A stretch of 32,000 bases of DNA from Formosa sp. Hel1_33_131 (GCF_001735745.1 NZ_CP017260.1:600001-632000); one strand, 5' to 3'; positions 13,579-23,473 are shown, counted from the stretch's first letter. Notes: generated from the letters alone by a model not told the origin. Made by a program: numbers and translations.

Positions 13579-15174
13579 TTAAATTGTTTGTGGTCGTAAT
13601 TGGAAAAACTTTATAAAACTCTCAGGGTTTTCCACAACACCTCTGACAGATATTAATTTGATATCAATGTTTCTTTGACGTGCTTTCTCAGAAAAATCTT
13701 CTAAAATCTCAATGATATCATTATCAAGATAGCGCGTTTTGGTGACATCTAATTCCAAATAACTTTTGCGTGCTAAGTTATCCAATTCTTTTAGAATGGC
13801 TCCTTTGTTAAAAAAGGTCACTTCTTCCGCTAAGGTCATTTTAATTTTCTGGACTCCGTTACTCTTATCTTCAATGTGTAAGAAATGTGAATTTTGAAAA
13901 CTCTTTATCAGAATGACAACAATTCCAACGGCAAGTCCCAATGAAATTCCAATCAAAAGATCGGTGAAAATAATTCCTAAAACCGTTACAATAAAGGGCG
14001 TAAATTGTTTCCATCCTGATCGGTAGATCTCTATAAACAAAGTAGGTTTCGCTAATTTATAACCTACAATAAAAAGTATCGCCGCCAAAACGGAAAGCGG
14101 TATTTTGTTTAATAAATTAGGAATCAAAATTACTGAGATCAACAATAAGAATCCATGAATAATGGCTGACATTTTTGTTTTTCCTCCCGATTGAATATTG
14201 GCTGAACTGCGAACAATCACTTGCGTCACTGGCAACCCTCCTATCAATCCCGAAAATATATTTCCAATACCTTGCGCTAGTAATTCTCTATTGGTGGGTG
14301 TCACACGTTTTAAAGGATCAATTTTATCAGTAGCCTCTACACATAACAAAGTTTCTAAACTTGCTACCAAGGCGATGGTAAACGCCACAATCCATACTTG
14401 GGGATTGCTAATGGCTCCAAAATTTGGAAAACTAAACTGTGCGAAAAAAGAAGTGGCATCTTCTGGAACAGGTACACTCACAAGTAAGTCCGATGAAATC
14501 CCCCACTGTGTACTGCCTTTGGTGCTTATAAAATAAATGATCCCCGTAGCAACAGCTACCAAAGGCCCTTGCACCAATTTAAAGAATTTTCCTTTGTCGT
14601 CTAAGACCTCACTCCATAACAACAAAATAGTCAATGCCAAAAGTGCAATAATTGTCGCTCCTGGACTGATAAAGTTAATCGTATTTAATATGGCAGAAAA
14701 CGTGTTTTCTCCATCCACTTGAAAAAAGGCAAAACTCCCTTCTGGATTGGAATTATAGCCAAAAAAATGCGGAATTTGCTTGAGGATGATGATGATCCCA
14801 ATTCCGGTAAGCATCCCTTTAATTACGGAAGACGGGAAATAATACCCAATCACACCAGCTTTTAAGATGCCAAATAGAAATTGAATGGCGCCTCCTAATA
14901 CGACGGCTAATAAAAAGTTCTCGAAACTCCCGAGAGTTCCAATTGCGGTTAGGACAATCGCAGCCAAGCCTGCTGCGGGTCCACTCACCCCTACTGTGGA
15001 TTTACTGATACCTCCTACGACAACGCCGCCAACAATCCCCGCAATAAGTCCCGAAAAAAGCGGTGCGCCACTAGCAAGGGCGATCCCTAAACACAAGGGT
15101 AGCGCCACAAAGAATACGACAATACTAGAAGGTAGGTCTGATTTTAAATTTTTAAATGGGTTTGAACTGTTCAT
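13579..15174 (-). CDS. SulP family inorganic anion (bicarbonate/sulfate) transporter with C-terminal STAS domain
   Basis: Polytopic SulP core (..LVASLETLL..AQGIGN..GGLP..) followed by a STAS-like tail. Confidence 0.9.
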   Translation of the reverse strand: MNSSNPFKNLKSDLPSSIVVFFVALPLCLGIALASGAPLFSGLIAGIVGGVVVGGISKSTVGVSGPAAGLAAIVLTAIGTLGSFENFLLAVVLGGAIQFLFGILKAGVIGYYFPSSVIKGMLTGIGIIIILKQIPHFFGYNSNPEGSFAFFQVDGENTFSAILNTINFISPGATIIALLALTILLLWSEVLDDKGKFFKLVQGPLVAVATGIIYFISTKGSTQWGISSDLLVSVPVPEDATSFFAQFSFPNFGAISNPQVWIVAFTIALVASLETLLCVEATDKIDPLKRVTPTNRELLAQGIGNIFSGLIGGLPVTQVIVRSSANIQSGGKTKMSAIIHGFLLLISVILIPNLLNKIPLSVLAAILFIVGYKLAKPTLFIEIYRSGWKQFTPFIVTVLGIIFTDLLIGISLGLAVGIVVILIKSFQNSHFLHIEDKSNGVQKIKMTLAEEVTFFNKGAILKELDNLARKSYLELDVTKTRYLDNDIIEILEDFSEKARQRNIDIKLISVRGVVENPESFIKFFQLRPQTI

Positions 15175-15302
15175 TATAATATATGGTGTTGAAGCGCTAC
15201 AGCTGTGCAGTGCTCACATTTGATTTGTTTAATTTTTTGTAATTGAAATGACTTAAAAGTCGCTAACCTTTCTAATGGAATACGCTTTTAATGACGGAAG
15301 GA

Positions 15303-15635
15303 TTATACGTCTTCTGGAGGTGGGTCGTGAGTGTCAATGGTTACCTCGGATTTTAGATACTGTTTACCGTAAATAGATTCTTTTTTGACAAAGACCCTGG
15401 AAGTCGTTTCTTCAATTACAAATCGAAGTTCCACTTTTTTCTCTTTAGAGTCTTCTATTTCTTGCGTTTCTTTTTCACTCGAATCGTTTTCAGTTTCTAA
15501 ATCGAGCCAAGAAAATGCTTGTGGTTCAGATACCGCCAGCGATTCAACCACAGGTTGTAAAATGATGGATCCAAATACCAATGCAAAAATGAGGACTCTA
15601 AACCCGAGGGCTATGATGTATGAAAACTGCTTCAT
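15303..15635 (-). CDS. hypothetical membrane-anchored protein with an acidic region (110 aa)
   Basis: N-terminal TM helix. ATGA overlap with the upstream TetR gene. Confidence 0.55.
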   Translation of the reverse strand: MKQFSYIIALGFRVLIFALVFGSIILQPVVESLAVSEPQAFSWLDLETENDSSEKETQEIEDSKEKKVELRFVIEETTSRVFVKKESIYGKQYLKSEVTIDTHDPPPEDV

Positions 15636-16306
15636 TTTTCGGAAAGGGTATTAAAAACTAAATCGGTATAAAACCGTACAATATTATTTTTTCCTTCTTC
15701 AAAATCGGTTAAAGAGGGCAAGTGTTTTGAAAAATACCGCTGATGGTGGGCCCCTTCAATCACGGTTGAAATTAACATATGTGGAAACTCATAACTCGGA
15801 TTGATTTCTGTTACAAGATCGCTGACCCGTTGCACCACGCGTTTGTAGGTTTTGTAATAGCCTTTTTTATTTTCACTGTCGATCGCCTTGGTGTGGTAGG
15901 CTTTCGAAGATTCTGAAATGATGATTTTGTTTAATAACACTTCATTGATGTATGAAAACGCATTGTCTTCTGTCACTTCGGCTGTAAGTATCAAAACTGC
16001 TTGGGTAAGGCGGTCGTGAGCAGAGGGTACATTTAAGGTGGAAAACACCAATTTATACTCAATCCAACTCCAATACCAATTGATTAAATAGACCAAGAGT
16101 GCATGTTTACTATCAAAATAACGGTACACCGAACTTTCGTTGGAACCAATTTCAAGACCCAACTTCTTAAAAGTGAAATCTTCAAAGCCCAAAGCATCAA
16201 TCATCTCAATACTTTTAGAGACAATTTTCTGTCCTAAAACCGACGATTCTGGATTCTTTGTATAAAGATCTGGGCTAATGGTGATATGTAATTGTAGTTT
16301 TTCCAT
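15632..16306 (-). CDS. TetR/AcrR family transcriptional regulator
   Basis: HTH FTFKKLGLEIGSNESSVYRYFDSKHALL. The ATG at 16306 (MEKLQLH..) is preferred over the ORF-track start 16360. Confidence 0.85.
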   Translation of the reverse strand: MEKLQLHITISPDLYTKNPESSVLGQKIVSKSIEMIDALGFEDFTFKKLGLEIGSNESSVYRYFDSKHALLVYLINWYWSWIEYKLVFSTLNVPSAHDRLTQAVLILTAEVTEDNAFSYINEVLLNKIIISESSKAYHTKAIDSENKKGYYKTYKRVVQRVSDLVTEINPSYEFPHMLISTVIEGAHHQRYFSKHLPSLTDFEEGKNNIVRFYTDLVFNTLSEK

Positions 16307-16436
16307 TGTAATACTCAGCAAATATAATAGTAATACTATTAATGTTAAATAGTTTAACATTTATTTCACACCCCGAAGTGTTAAAAAACAATGCCATATT
16401 GGTTGAAAGTCATTTTTTTTTGTACGTTTGTGATGG

Positions 16437-16560
16437 ACTTAGACCTCAAATCTGATTCTTCATAACCAATGAACCTAGAGTAACATATTTTTTACTGTAA
16501 CGTAAGACGCTTGTATAGGCGCCTATTTTTGACACATCCTTCTGTTTAGAAGGTGTTTGG
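16437..16560 (+). repeat. ~122-bp leader/promoter repeat, copy R1 (upstream of the PEGA lipoprotein gene)
   Basis: About 3 mismatches to 17161-17281 over the first ~95 nt, and a shared 3' end GAAGGTGTTTGG. Confidence 0.9.
16515..16531. promoter_or_regulatory. 12-bp perfect palindrome ATAGGCGCCTAT overlapping a TATTTTTG -7 box
   Basis: Palindrome at 16515-26. TATTTTTG (16524-31) fits TAnnTTTG. The R2 equivalent is ATAGACGCCTAT / TATTTCTG at 17239-55. Confidence 0.5.
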
Positions 16561-16601
16561 AAAGTTACTTAACTAGTAATCTAAACAATAAATTAAATAT
16601 T

Positions 16602-17102
16602 ATGAAAATCAAAATTATTACGCTCGGAGTTTTAACATTAATTTTATCAAGTTGCGCTTCAATTATTCACGGCCCAACTCAATTAGTAGATTTTAGTAGT
16701 CAACCAAGTGGGGCAACGATCAAAATTGACGGAAAAGACTATGGCAAAACACCTCAATCAATTTCATTAAGGCGAAAAGGAAAAGCAAAAGGAGATAAAT
16801 CCAATAAAAAAAGTTATGACATTCAAATTTCATTAGATAAATACTACCCATATGAAATGAAAATTAAACGCGAAATGGACGAGTGGTTCTTAGGAAATAT
16901 ATTATTTGGTGGGATTATTGGGATTATTGTTGATGCATCAAATGGAAGTATGTATAAATTGACACCAGACCAAGTTATTGCACAAATGAACAACAATTCA
17001 TCTGCAATGATTGATGCTAATGACAATCGAGTTTATGTTGCCGTTACAATGAAAACAGATCCAAACTGGGAAAAAATAGGGCAATTAAAACGAATAGAAT
17101 AA
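16602..17102 (+). CDS. PEGA domain lipoprotein
   Basis: Lipobox ..LILSSC|AS. SQPSGATIKIDGKDYGKTPQSISL is a PEGA motif. The ATG at 16602 is preferred over 16557. Confidence 0.8.
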   Translation: MKIKIITLGVLTLILSSCASIIHGPTQLVDFSSQPSGATIKIDGKDYGKTPQSISLRRKGKAKGDKSNKKSYDIQISLDKYYPYEMKIKREMDEWFLGNILFGGIIGIIVDASNGSMYKLTPDQVIAQMNNNSSAMIDANDNRVYVAVTMKTDPNWEKIGQLKRIE

Positions 17103-17160
17103 ATCTAAAAAATTATTAATTACGTTTACTGAATATGGCTTGTTTGTAGTTGAAAAAAGT

Positions 17161-17281
17161 ACTTAGACCTCCAATCTGATTCTTCATAACCAATGAACCT
17201 AGAGTAACATATTTTTTACTGTAACGTAAGACGCTTGTATAGACGCCTATTTCTGATGCACTATTTTTCGAAGGTGTTTGG
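17161..17281 (+). repeat. ~122-bp leader/promoter repeat, copy R2 (upstream of the second lipoprotein gene)
   Basis: See R1. Confidence 0.9.
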
Positions 17282-17335
17282 ATGGGCTTTTTACACTAAG
17301 TGATTAAAAAAAACATCAACAACTAAATCAAACAA

Positions 17336-17956
17336 ATGAAACTCATTAAAATCACCCTTTTATGTATTGTAATCTCCACATTGACAAATTGTGCCTCTGG
17401 TTACAAAATGATTAAACCAACATCAATAAATTACATTTCAACTTATGAAACTGATGGTGTGAAGCTTGAATATAAATACGACTTACTTGATAAAAAATAT
17501 GCCAAAAAAGAATATACTAAAGGAGTCAAACTTGTTGCTATAAAAATAACCAACAACTCTAACAGAGATTTAATGTTTGGCAGAGACATTACATTAGCTT
17601 ACAAAGGTGGAGCAGAAGTTTATATCTTAGAAAATGAAAAAGTATTTAGTACGCTAAAACAAAGTCCTGCATCGTATTTATGGTACTTACTTTTAACACC
17701 TGTAAATTTTCATACAACAAAAACAAACTCAAATGGATTTACGGAAAATACGAGTTCAACTCCAATCGGATTGGTTTTAGGACCTGGATTGGCTGGAGGA
17801 AATATGATTGCTGCTGGGTCTGCTAATCAAAAATTCAACTCTGACCTGATGGATCATAACATCAATGGAGTGATCATTAAAAAAGGGGAGACAAAACATG
17901 GATTGATTGGAATTAAATCTGATTCATTCGATGCATTGAAATTGAAAATTGAATGA
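17336..17956 (+). CDS. hypothetical lipoprotein (206 aa)
   Basis: Lipobox ..STLTNC|AS. No similarity to the PEGA lipoprotein. Confidence 0.7.
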   Translation: MKLIKITLLCIVISTLTNCASGYKMIKPTSINYISTYETDGVKLEYKYDLLDKKYAKKEYTKGVKLVAIKITNNSNRDLMFGRDITLAYKGGAEVYILENEKVFSTLKQSPASYLWYLLLTPVNFHTTKTNSNGFTENTSSTPIGLVLGPGLAGGNMIAAGSANQKFNSDLMDHNINGVIIKKGETKHGLIGIKSDSFDALKLKIE

Positions 17957-18039
17957 CATTGGGTTAAATTAACCAAATCAGACAAACTCTCCCAATTTTA
18001 TAAACACTAAAATTTAAAAAAAATCTAAAACCTTAAACC

Positions 18040-18480
18040 ATGAATGACGTATTAGTAGTAATGATCCTATTTATCATGGGTGCACAATTTGGAATAGCAT
18101 TAACAGCCACAGTCATTGTCCATCCAATTTTGGTAATGGCAAAAAAAGCAACCGCCATTGAAATTTTTAAACCCTTTTTTGACAAAACGCATATTTGGGT
18201 TTTGGTGTCATCAATCATTGTAACAGTCTTGGCATTGGCATATTCAATATTTACAGGAAACTTGTGGTGGTTTGGGGTGTCCTTGCTCATGCATTTAAAC
18301 GGCCCTTATACCATAATTTTTATGATGCCATTAAACAGGCGACTCATGGACAAAAATGTGGACCCACTTTCTGAACAAACAGCAAACGACATCAAAAAAT
18401 GGGGAAGACTGCATTTGGTAAGAACACTTCTAAATGGAACCATATTGTTTGCGTTTATCGTATTGGCAGTTTATATGTAA
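18040..18480 (+). CDS. DUF1772 (anthrone oxygenase-like) membrane protein
   Basis: Four TM helices and the IIFMMPLNRRL motif typical of DUF1772. Confidence 0.7.
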   Translation: MNDVLVVMILFIMGAQFGIALTATVIVHPILVMAKKATAIEIFKPFFDKTHIWVLVSSIIVTVLALAYSIFTGNLWWFGVSLLMHLNGPYTIIFMMPLNRRLMDKNVDPLSEQTANDIKKWGRLHLVRTLLNGTILFAFIVLAVYM

Positions 18481-18495
18481 AAAAAGAGAAGCCAA

Positions 18496-19209
18496 ATGAA
18501 AAAAGCAATCATCGTTGGAGCAACTTCGGGAATTGGAAATGCCTTGGCAAAAATTCTTGTTGAGAATGACTATATGATTGGAATTACGGGAAGACGAAAA
18601 ACGGAACTTCAGAAGTTAAAAAAATTAAATCCAAAAAATTTCAGCATCAGTGCTTTTGATTGCACTAGAGAAAATAATTCTGAAAAACTGGAGGATTTGG
18701 TGGCGCAACTTGATGGTTTAGACCTATTAGTTTTGAGTGCTGGCACAGGCGATTTAAATGAAAACCTAGAATATGAAATAGAGCATGCTACAAATCAACT
18801 AAATGTGATTGCCTTCACTGAAGTTGTGGACTGGGCATTTAATTATTTTGAAAAACAAGGCAAAGGACATTTGGTCGCCATCAGCTCTATTGGAGGACTG
18901 AGGGGGAGTCGAATGGCGCCCGCCTACAACGCGTCTAAAGCTTATCAGATAAATTACCTAGAAGGACTCAGACAAAAGGCTAAAAACTCTAAAAAACAAA
19001 TTTATGTGACGGATATCAGACCCGGTCTTATAGATACCGACATGGCAAAAGGCGAAGGACAATTTTGGGTTGCCACCAAGGAAAAAGCAGCCAAACAGAT
19101 TTATGGACTCATAAAAAGGAAAAAGACTGTAGGATACGTGACTAAAAGATGGCGACTGATTTCGTTACTCCTTAAAACCGTTCCTAATGGAATTTATAAA
19201 CGGATGTGA
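18496..19209 (+). CDS. SDR family oxidoreductase
   Basis: Cofactor motif GATSGIG and catalytic YNASK. Confidence 0.9.
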   Translation: MKKAIIVGATSGIGNALAKILVENDYMIGITGRRKTELQKLKKLNPKNFSISAFDCTRENNSEKLEDLVAQLDGLDLLVLSAGTGDLNENLEYEIEHATNQLNVIAFTEVVDWAFNYFEKQGKGHLVAISSIGGLRGSRMAPAYNASKAYQINYLEGLRQKAKNSKKQIYVTDIRPGLIDTDMAKGEGQFWVATKEKAAKQIYGLIKRKKTVGYVTKRWRLISLLLKTVPNGIYKRM

Positions 19210-19252
19210 AAGTCTATGCTAACTCGAGCGTCACGCTCCTGAACAGAATAAC

Positions 19253-19275
19253 AGCACAAGCAAGATACTTGTGCT
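19253..19275. terminator. hairpin between convergent genes (possible bidirectional terminator)
   Basis: AGCACAAG-CAAGATA-CTTGTGCT, an 8-bp stem. Flanking U runs are weak. Confidence 0.35.
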
Positions 19276-19295
19276 AGCAAATTTAATAGCACCCC

Positions 19296-19517
19296 CTACT
19301 GCGTCTTCAACCACCTCAAATAAAGATTCTCCACTTTGGTGCGTGCCCAAGGCGTTCGTCTGAGAAACTTAAGACTGGATTTTAGTGTGGGACCATCTGT
19401 AAAACAACGGATATTGATTTTCTCGCCCATCACTTCCCAGCCATAATGGGCTTCGAGTGCGACGAGAATTTGTTCCAATTTCACCCCATGTAAGGGATTG
19501 TTAGGTTGCGTTTCCAT
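19296..19517 (-). CDS. VF530/DUF2132 family small DNA-binding protein
   Basis: NPLHGVKLEQIL..LEAHYGWE..L...INIRCF...PTLKSSLKFLRRTPWAR.KVE.LY. Confidence 0.8.
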   Translation of the reverse strand: METQPNNPLHGVKLEQILVALEAHYGWEVMGEKINIRCFTDGPTLKSSLKFLRRTPWARTKVENLYLRWLKTQ

Positions 19518-19522
19518 AAAAA

Positions 19523-20779
19523 TTAACGGCGACGGTTGTGGTTCGATCGGTTGCCACCACCAGCAGACCCCTTACGGTTGTTGCTTGGACGTCCTCCGCC
19601 ACGTTGACGACCACCTCCTTGTTTTGGCGGCACAGTGGACGCATTTGGATCAGGTTCAAAACCTTCAACAATTTCTTTCTTAAAACGTTGCTTGGTCAGT
19701 TTTTCAATAGACGTCAAATAAGACGTTTCTTCTGCACATACCAACGATAAGGCAACGCCGTTGGCGCCTGCCCTTCCTGTACGCCCAATACGGTGCACAT
19801 AATCTTCTGGAATGTTCGGAAGCTCGTAATTCACCACATGCGGCAACAATGGAATGTCCAAGCCACGTGCAGCAATATCAGTTGCGACCAAGACTCTAAC
19901 GTCTTTATTTTTAAATCCAGCCAAAGCTTTGGTTCGTGCTCCTTGACTTTTATTTCCATGAATAGCCATCGCAGAAATGCGTGCATTTTCTAGTTTTTTA
20001 CAAAGATTATTGGCACCGTGTTTGGTACGTGTAAACACCAATACTTGTTGCCAATTTCCGTCTTGTATTAATTTGATAAGAAGGTTTGTTTTCTTCTCTT
20101 TGGCTACTCTATACACCTGTTGTGCAATTGCTTCAACGGTTGTGTTCTCTGGCGTCGCTTCTACAAGAGTAGGAGTGCGTAAAATGGTTTGCGCCAAGCT
20201 TTTGATCTCTCTAGAAAAAGTTGCCGAAAACATTAAATTTTGACGTCTGGACGGGATCAACGATCTGATTTTATCAATATCACGTTTGAACCCCATATCC
20301 AACATACGGTCGGCTTCATCGAGTACAAAAATCTCTACTTTGGCTAAGGACAAATGCCCTTGGTTTTCCAAATCGAGCAATCGGCCTGGAGTGGCCACTA
20401 AAATATCAACTCCATTGCGGAGGTGTTTGATTTGTGGATTTTGATTTACACCACCAAAAATAACGGCAGCACGCAAGTCTAAAAACTTACTGTAATGCTT
20501 CACATTTGTATACACCTGATCTGCCAACTCTCGAGTTGGGGTCAACACCAACGCGCGTACTGGACGGCGGTGTGGTACAGGATTTTTAGATAAAATTTGC
20601 AGCATTGGCAGGGTAAATCCTGCGGTTTTCCCTGTTCCTGTTTGAGCCGATGCTAACACATCGAGGCCTTCAAGAATTGGAGGAATGGCTTTTTGTTGTA
20701 TTGGAGATGGCGTCTCATAGCCCTGTAAACGGACTGCTTTAAGTAGGGCTTCGATGAGTCCTAAAGATTGAAATGTCAT
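19523..20779 (-). CDS. rhlE: DEAD-box ATP-dependent RNA helicase (RhlE-like) with an RGG-rich C-terminal tail
   Basis: Q-motif, [15 protein letters not shown] and [10 protein letters not shown]. Confidence 0.9.
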   Translation of the reverse strand: MTFQSLGLIEALLKAVRLQGYETPSPIQQKAIPPILEGLDVLASAQTGTGKTAGFTLPMLQILSKNPVPHRRPVRALVLTPTRELADQVYTNVKHYSKFLDLRAAVIFGGVNQNPQIKHLRNGVDILVATPGRLLDLENQGHLSLAKVEIFVLDEADRMLDMGFKRDIDKIRSLIPSRRQNLMFSATFSREIKSLAQTILRTPTLVEATPENTTVEAIAQQVYRVAKEKKTNLLIKLIQDGNWQQVLVFTRTKHGANNLCKKLENARISAMAIHGNKSQGARTKALAGFKNKDVRVLVATDIAARGLDIPLLPHVVNYELPNIPEDYVHRIGRTGRAGANGVALSLVCAEETSYLTSIEKLTKQRFKKEIVEGFEPDPNASTVPPKQGGGRQRGGGRPSNNRKGSAGGGNRSNHNRRR

Positions 20780-20862
20780 ATATTATGTTTTGAAAATGAC
20801 AATATACAATACGATAGGTCATTCTGAACGATGCCACAAAGGTACGTCTTATTTTAAAAAAA

Positions 20863-21621
20863 TTAACGCGTAAATACTAATTTTGTATCCGTTGATAAAT
20901 TCGCATCATACGCATAGCCATCTGTCGTAAAGGTTTTTAAACCTTCGGTAGTTTCCACAGTGTTTTCAATGATGTGACGTGTCATATAGCCACGTGCAAG
21001 TTTGGCGAAAATGGCAATGGTTTTATACTGTCCATTTTTAAACTCTTTAAAATCGACATGAATAACGGGCACTTTAAGAACTTTGACATCTATGGCCTTA
21101 AAATATTCTTGACTTGCTAAGTTCACAAACAACTCCCCTTCTTTCAGTTCTTCATTCAGAGCAGTCGTCACTTTTTGGCGCCAAAATTCATAAAGGTTTT
21201 TAGATTTTCCAACAGGGAATTTTGTCCCCATTTCCAAGCGGTACGGCTGCACCAAATCCAAGGGTTTTAAAAGCCCATACAGTCCAGAAATTATTCGAAC
21301 TGAGTTTTGTAAAGACTCTAATTTTGATTCTTCAATGGTATAAGCATCTAACCCCCGATACACATCACCATTAAATGCATAAATAGCCGGTCGGGCATTT
21401 TGAGTTGTAAAAGGAATTTCCCACTCTTGGTTGCGTTCATAATTGAGTTGTCCCAAATTGGGTGAAATATGCATCAATTCCGAAAGTGCTTTGGCGGATT
21501 TCTTTTTAAGAAGTGTATTGAGTTTCTGCGCTTCGCCCAAAAAACAACTGTCGGTGCTTAAAGGCGTTGGTAAATCACTATCGTAATTTAATGACTTTGC
21601 GGGTGAGATGACTAGTTTCAT
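20863..21621 (-). CDS. yaaA: peroxide stress protein YaaA (UPF0246/DUF328)
   Basis: MKLVISPAKSLN.. and full-length resemblance to the YaaA family. Confidence 0.85.
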   Translation of the reverse strand: MKLVISPAKSLNYDSDLPTPLSTDSCFLGEAQKLNTLLKKKSAKALSELMHISPNLGQLNYERNQEWEIPFTTQNARPAIYAFNGDVYRGLDAYTIEESKLESLQNSVRIISGLYGLLKPLDLVQPYRLEMGTKFPVGKSKNLYEFWRQKVTTALNEELKEGELFVNLASQEYFKAIDVKVLKVPVIHVDFKEFKNGQYKTIAIFAKLARGYMTRHIIENTVETTEGLKTFTTDGYAYDANLSTDTKLVFTR

Positions 21622-21722
21622 TTATTGCTAATTTTATAACTCAAAGTTAAGGACTATCGTTAAATTCTAAAAAAAAATTAGATTCATAATTTCTATGTTC
21701 CAATACTTAAAGTTGATACTTC

Positions 21723-22766
21723 TTAGTTCTGATCTTCAACCAAATGATTCGAATAGCTTTCCCATTTTTTGATACAGCTTTGCATATCCTGAGGAATCTC
21801 AGTGGTAAAAGACATTTTTTCGCCTGTGGTAGGATGCACAAATCCTAAGGATTTGGCATGCAAGGCTTGACGTGGTAAGGTTTTAAAACAGTTGTCCACA
21901 AACTGCTTGTATTTGGTAAACGTCGTACCTTTTAGAATGCGTTCGCCACCATAACGCTCGTCATTAAAAAGCGTGTGCCCAATGTGTTTCATGTGCACCC
22001 GTATTTGGTGGGTACGTCCCGTTTCCAATCGGCATGCCAACAAAGTGACATAGCCCAAACGTTGTAATACTTTATAATGAGTCACTGCGGGTTTACCTTT
22101 ATCAGCTTCATCTCCAAAATAGACGGTATTCTGCAACCTATTTTTAGGGTGACGTCCAATATTTCCTTCAATCGTACCTTCTTCTAAATCTACATTTCCC
22201 CACACCAAAGCCACGTATTCGCGTTCACTTGTTTTGGCTTTGAATTGTGCTGATAAATGCGCCATCGCTATTTCAGTTTTAGCAACCACCAACAATCCAC
22301 TTGTGTCTTTATCAATCCGATGCACCAATCCCGGACGGTTGCTGCTGTTATTCGGTAAATTGTCAAAATGAAACATCAAAGCATTGATCAAAGTGCCTGA
22401 ATAATTTCCATGTCCCGGATGAACGACCATTCCTGGGGCTTTATTGACCACCAATAAATCGTCATCTTCATAAACAACATCAATAGGAAGATCTTCGGGA
22501 ACTAATAAGTTTTCATAAGGCGGATGCTCAAACAACACGCGAATTTTATCAAATGGTTTTACCTTATAATTTGATTTGACTGCGATTTCATTCACTAAAA
22601 TACTTCCATCCTTTGCCGCTGCTTGGATTTTATTTCGAGTGGCATTTTCAACAAAATTCATGAGGTATTTATCGATTCGTAAAGGCTGTTGCCCTTTTTC
22701 GACCGTAAATGTGTAATGCTCATGCAATTCATTGTCATTCACTAATAATTCATTTGACTCTTCCAT
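21723..22766 (-). CDS. rluD: RluA-family 23S rRNA pseudouridine synthase (RluD-like) with an S4 domain
   Basis: Catalytic motif HRIDKDTSGLLVVAK and an N-terminal S4-like RIDKYL.. Confidence 0.9.
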   Translation of the reverse strand: MEESNELLVNDNELHEHYTFTVEKGQQPLRIDKYLMNFVENATRNKIQAAAKDGSILVNEIAVKSNYKVKPFDKIRVLFEHPPYENLLVPEDLPIDVVYEDDDLLVVNKAPGMVVHPGHGNYSGTLINALMFHFDNLPNNSSNRPGLVHRIDKDTSGLLVVAKTEIAMAHLSAQFKAKTSEREYVALVWGNVDLEEGTIEGNIGRHPKNRLQNTVYFGDEADKGKPAVTHYKVLQRLGYVTLLACRLETGRTHQIRVHMKHIGHTLFNDERYGGERILKGTTFTKYKQFVDNCFKTLPRQALHAKSLGFVHPTTGEKMSFTTEIPQDMQSCIKKWESYSNHLVEDQN

Positions 22767-22772
22767 GGTTAA

Positions 22773-23330
22773 TTATTGCTTTCGAATCCCGTTTCCTAAA
22801 ACTAGGTCGATTTTCGAGGTTTTTGGAAGCATCGTACCTGCTTCAATGATTTTACCGTTGTGGCGAATTTCTAACACTTCATCTTTCCCCAAGTCATCTT
22901 TATAAATTGTAGTTCCTATTTGAAACCCCAATGCTTCAAGCGAGGGTTTTGCTTGTCTGAACGTACGTCGAATGACATCCGGAACTGCCAGTGTTCTGTA
23001 GGCAGAAGGATTGAGAATTAAATATATTTTTCGATCTTCTTTGACTTGACTTCCCGCCAAAGGATCTTGTTCGATCACCGCCCCTTTGGGGTAGTTCGGA
23101 TTGTAGTTTGAGGAATCTTGAACTTCACTTCGGAGTTCGTGTTCTTTAATAAGCATTTGAGCGGCTTCAAAAGTTTGACCCGTAAGTACGGGTACCGTCA
23201 CAAACGTACCGTGATTGGTATACGATTTGAGCCATTTGAGGGCTAAAAACCCAAAAATAACCAAAGCGATAAATGCAAAGATTAATTGCTTTATAAACAA
23301 TTTACTGAATAAGAATTTAATGAAATTCAT
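22773..23330 (-). CDS. PASTA domain-containing membrane-anchored protein
   Basis: TM anchor followed by PASTA repeats. Conserved neighbour of rluD in Flavobacteriia. The ATG at 23330 (MNFIKFLFSK..) is preferred over 23363. Confidence 0.75.
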   Translation of the reverse strand: MNFIKFLFSKLFIKQLIFAFIALVIFGFLALKWLKSYTNHGTFVTVPVLTGQTFEAAQMLIKEHELRSEVQDSSNYNPNYPKGAVIEQDPLAGSQVKEDRKIYLILNPSAYRTLAVPDVIRRTFRQAKPSLEALGFQIGTTIYKDDLGKDEVLEIRHNGKIIEAGTMLPKTSKIDLVLGNGIRKQ

Positions 23331-23473
23331 GCTGCTTTTTAATAATGTAACAAAGCTAATCAAATATTTGTGTCCTTAAAATCTTTAGCTTGTTTAGTTT
23401 GAAGTAAATATATTTGGTTTAAAATGATTTTGATTTGAGATAAAAGTAATATTTTTACTGTATAAACGTAGAA

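Noticed and set aside
12942-15223. Long + strand ORFs (12942..13523, 14198..14536, 14537..14722, 14885..15223) opposite the carbonic anhydrase and SulP genes.
   Set aside because: These are shadow ORFs antisense to well-supported genes. Their translations are low-complexity (Pro/Thr/Ala-rich) with no recognisable motifs.
16437-16500. A tRNA-like fragment on the minus strand of the R1/R2 repeat. It has a D-arm-like TTCA-TTGGTTA-TGAA followed by an anticodon-like stem-loop TCAGA-TTTGAGG-TCTAA (would be Ser-UGA). This could have hinted at an integrase att site.
   Set aside because: No T-arm (GGTTCGAATCC-like) or acceptor stem follows in either copy. The anticodon stem has a C.A mismatch in that orientation. 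The fragment would be a 5' half, whereas att duplications normally retain the 3' half. No integrase is nearby. It is most likely chance resemblance.
19498-20243. Plus-strand ORFs (19498..19683, 19538..19750, 19793..19993, 19977..20243) opposite the DEAD-box helicase, and similar ones opposite the second SulP gene (25280..26575) and ftsH (30165..31306).
   Set aside because: They are antisense shadow ORFs inside strongly supported genes, with no motifs or plausible starts.
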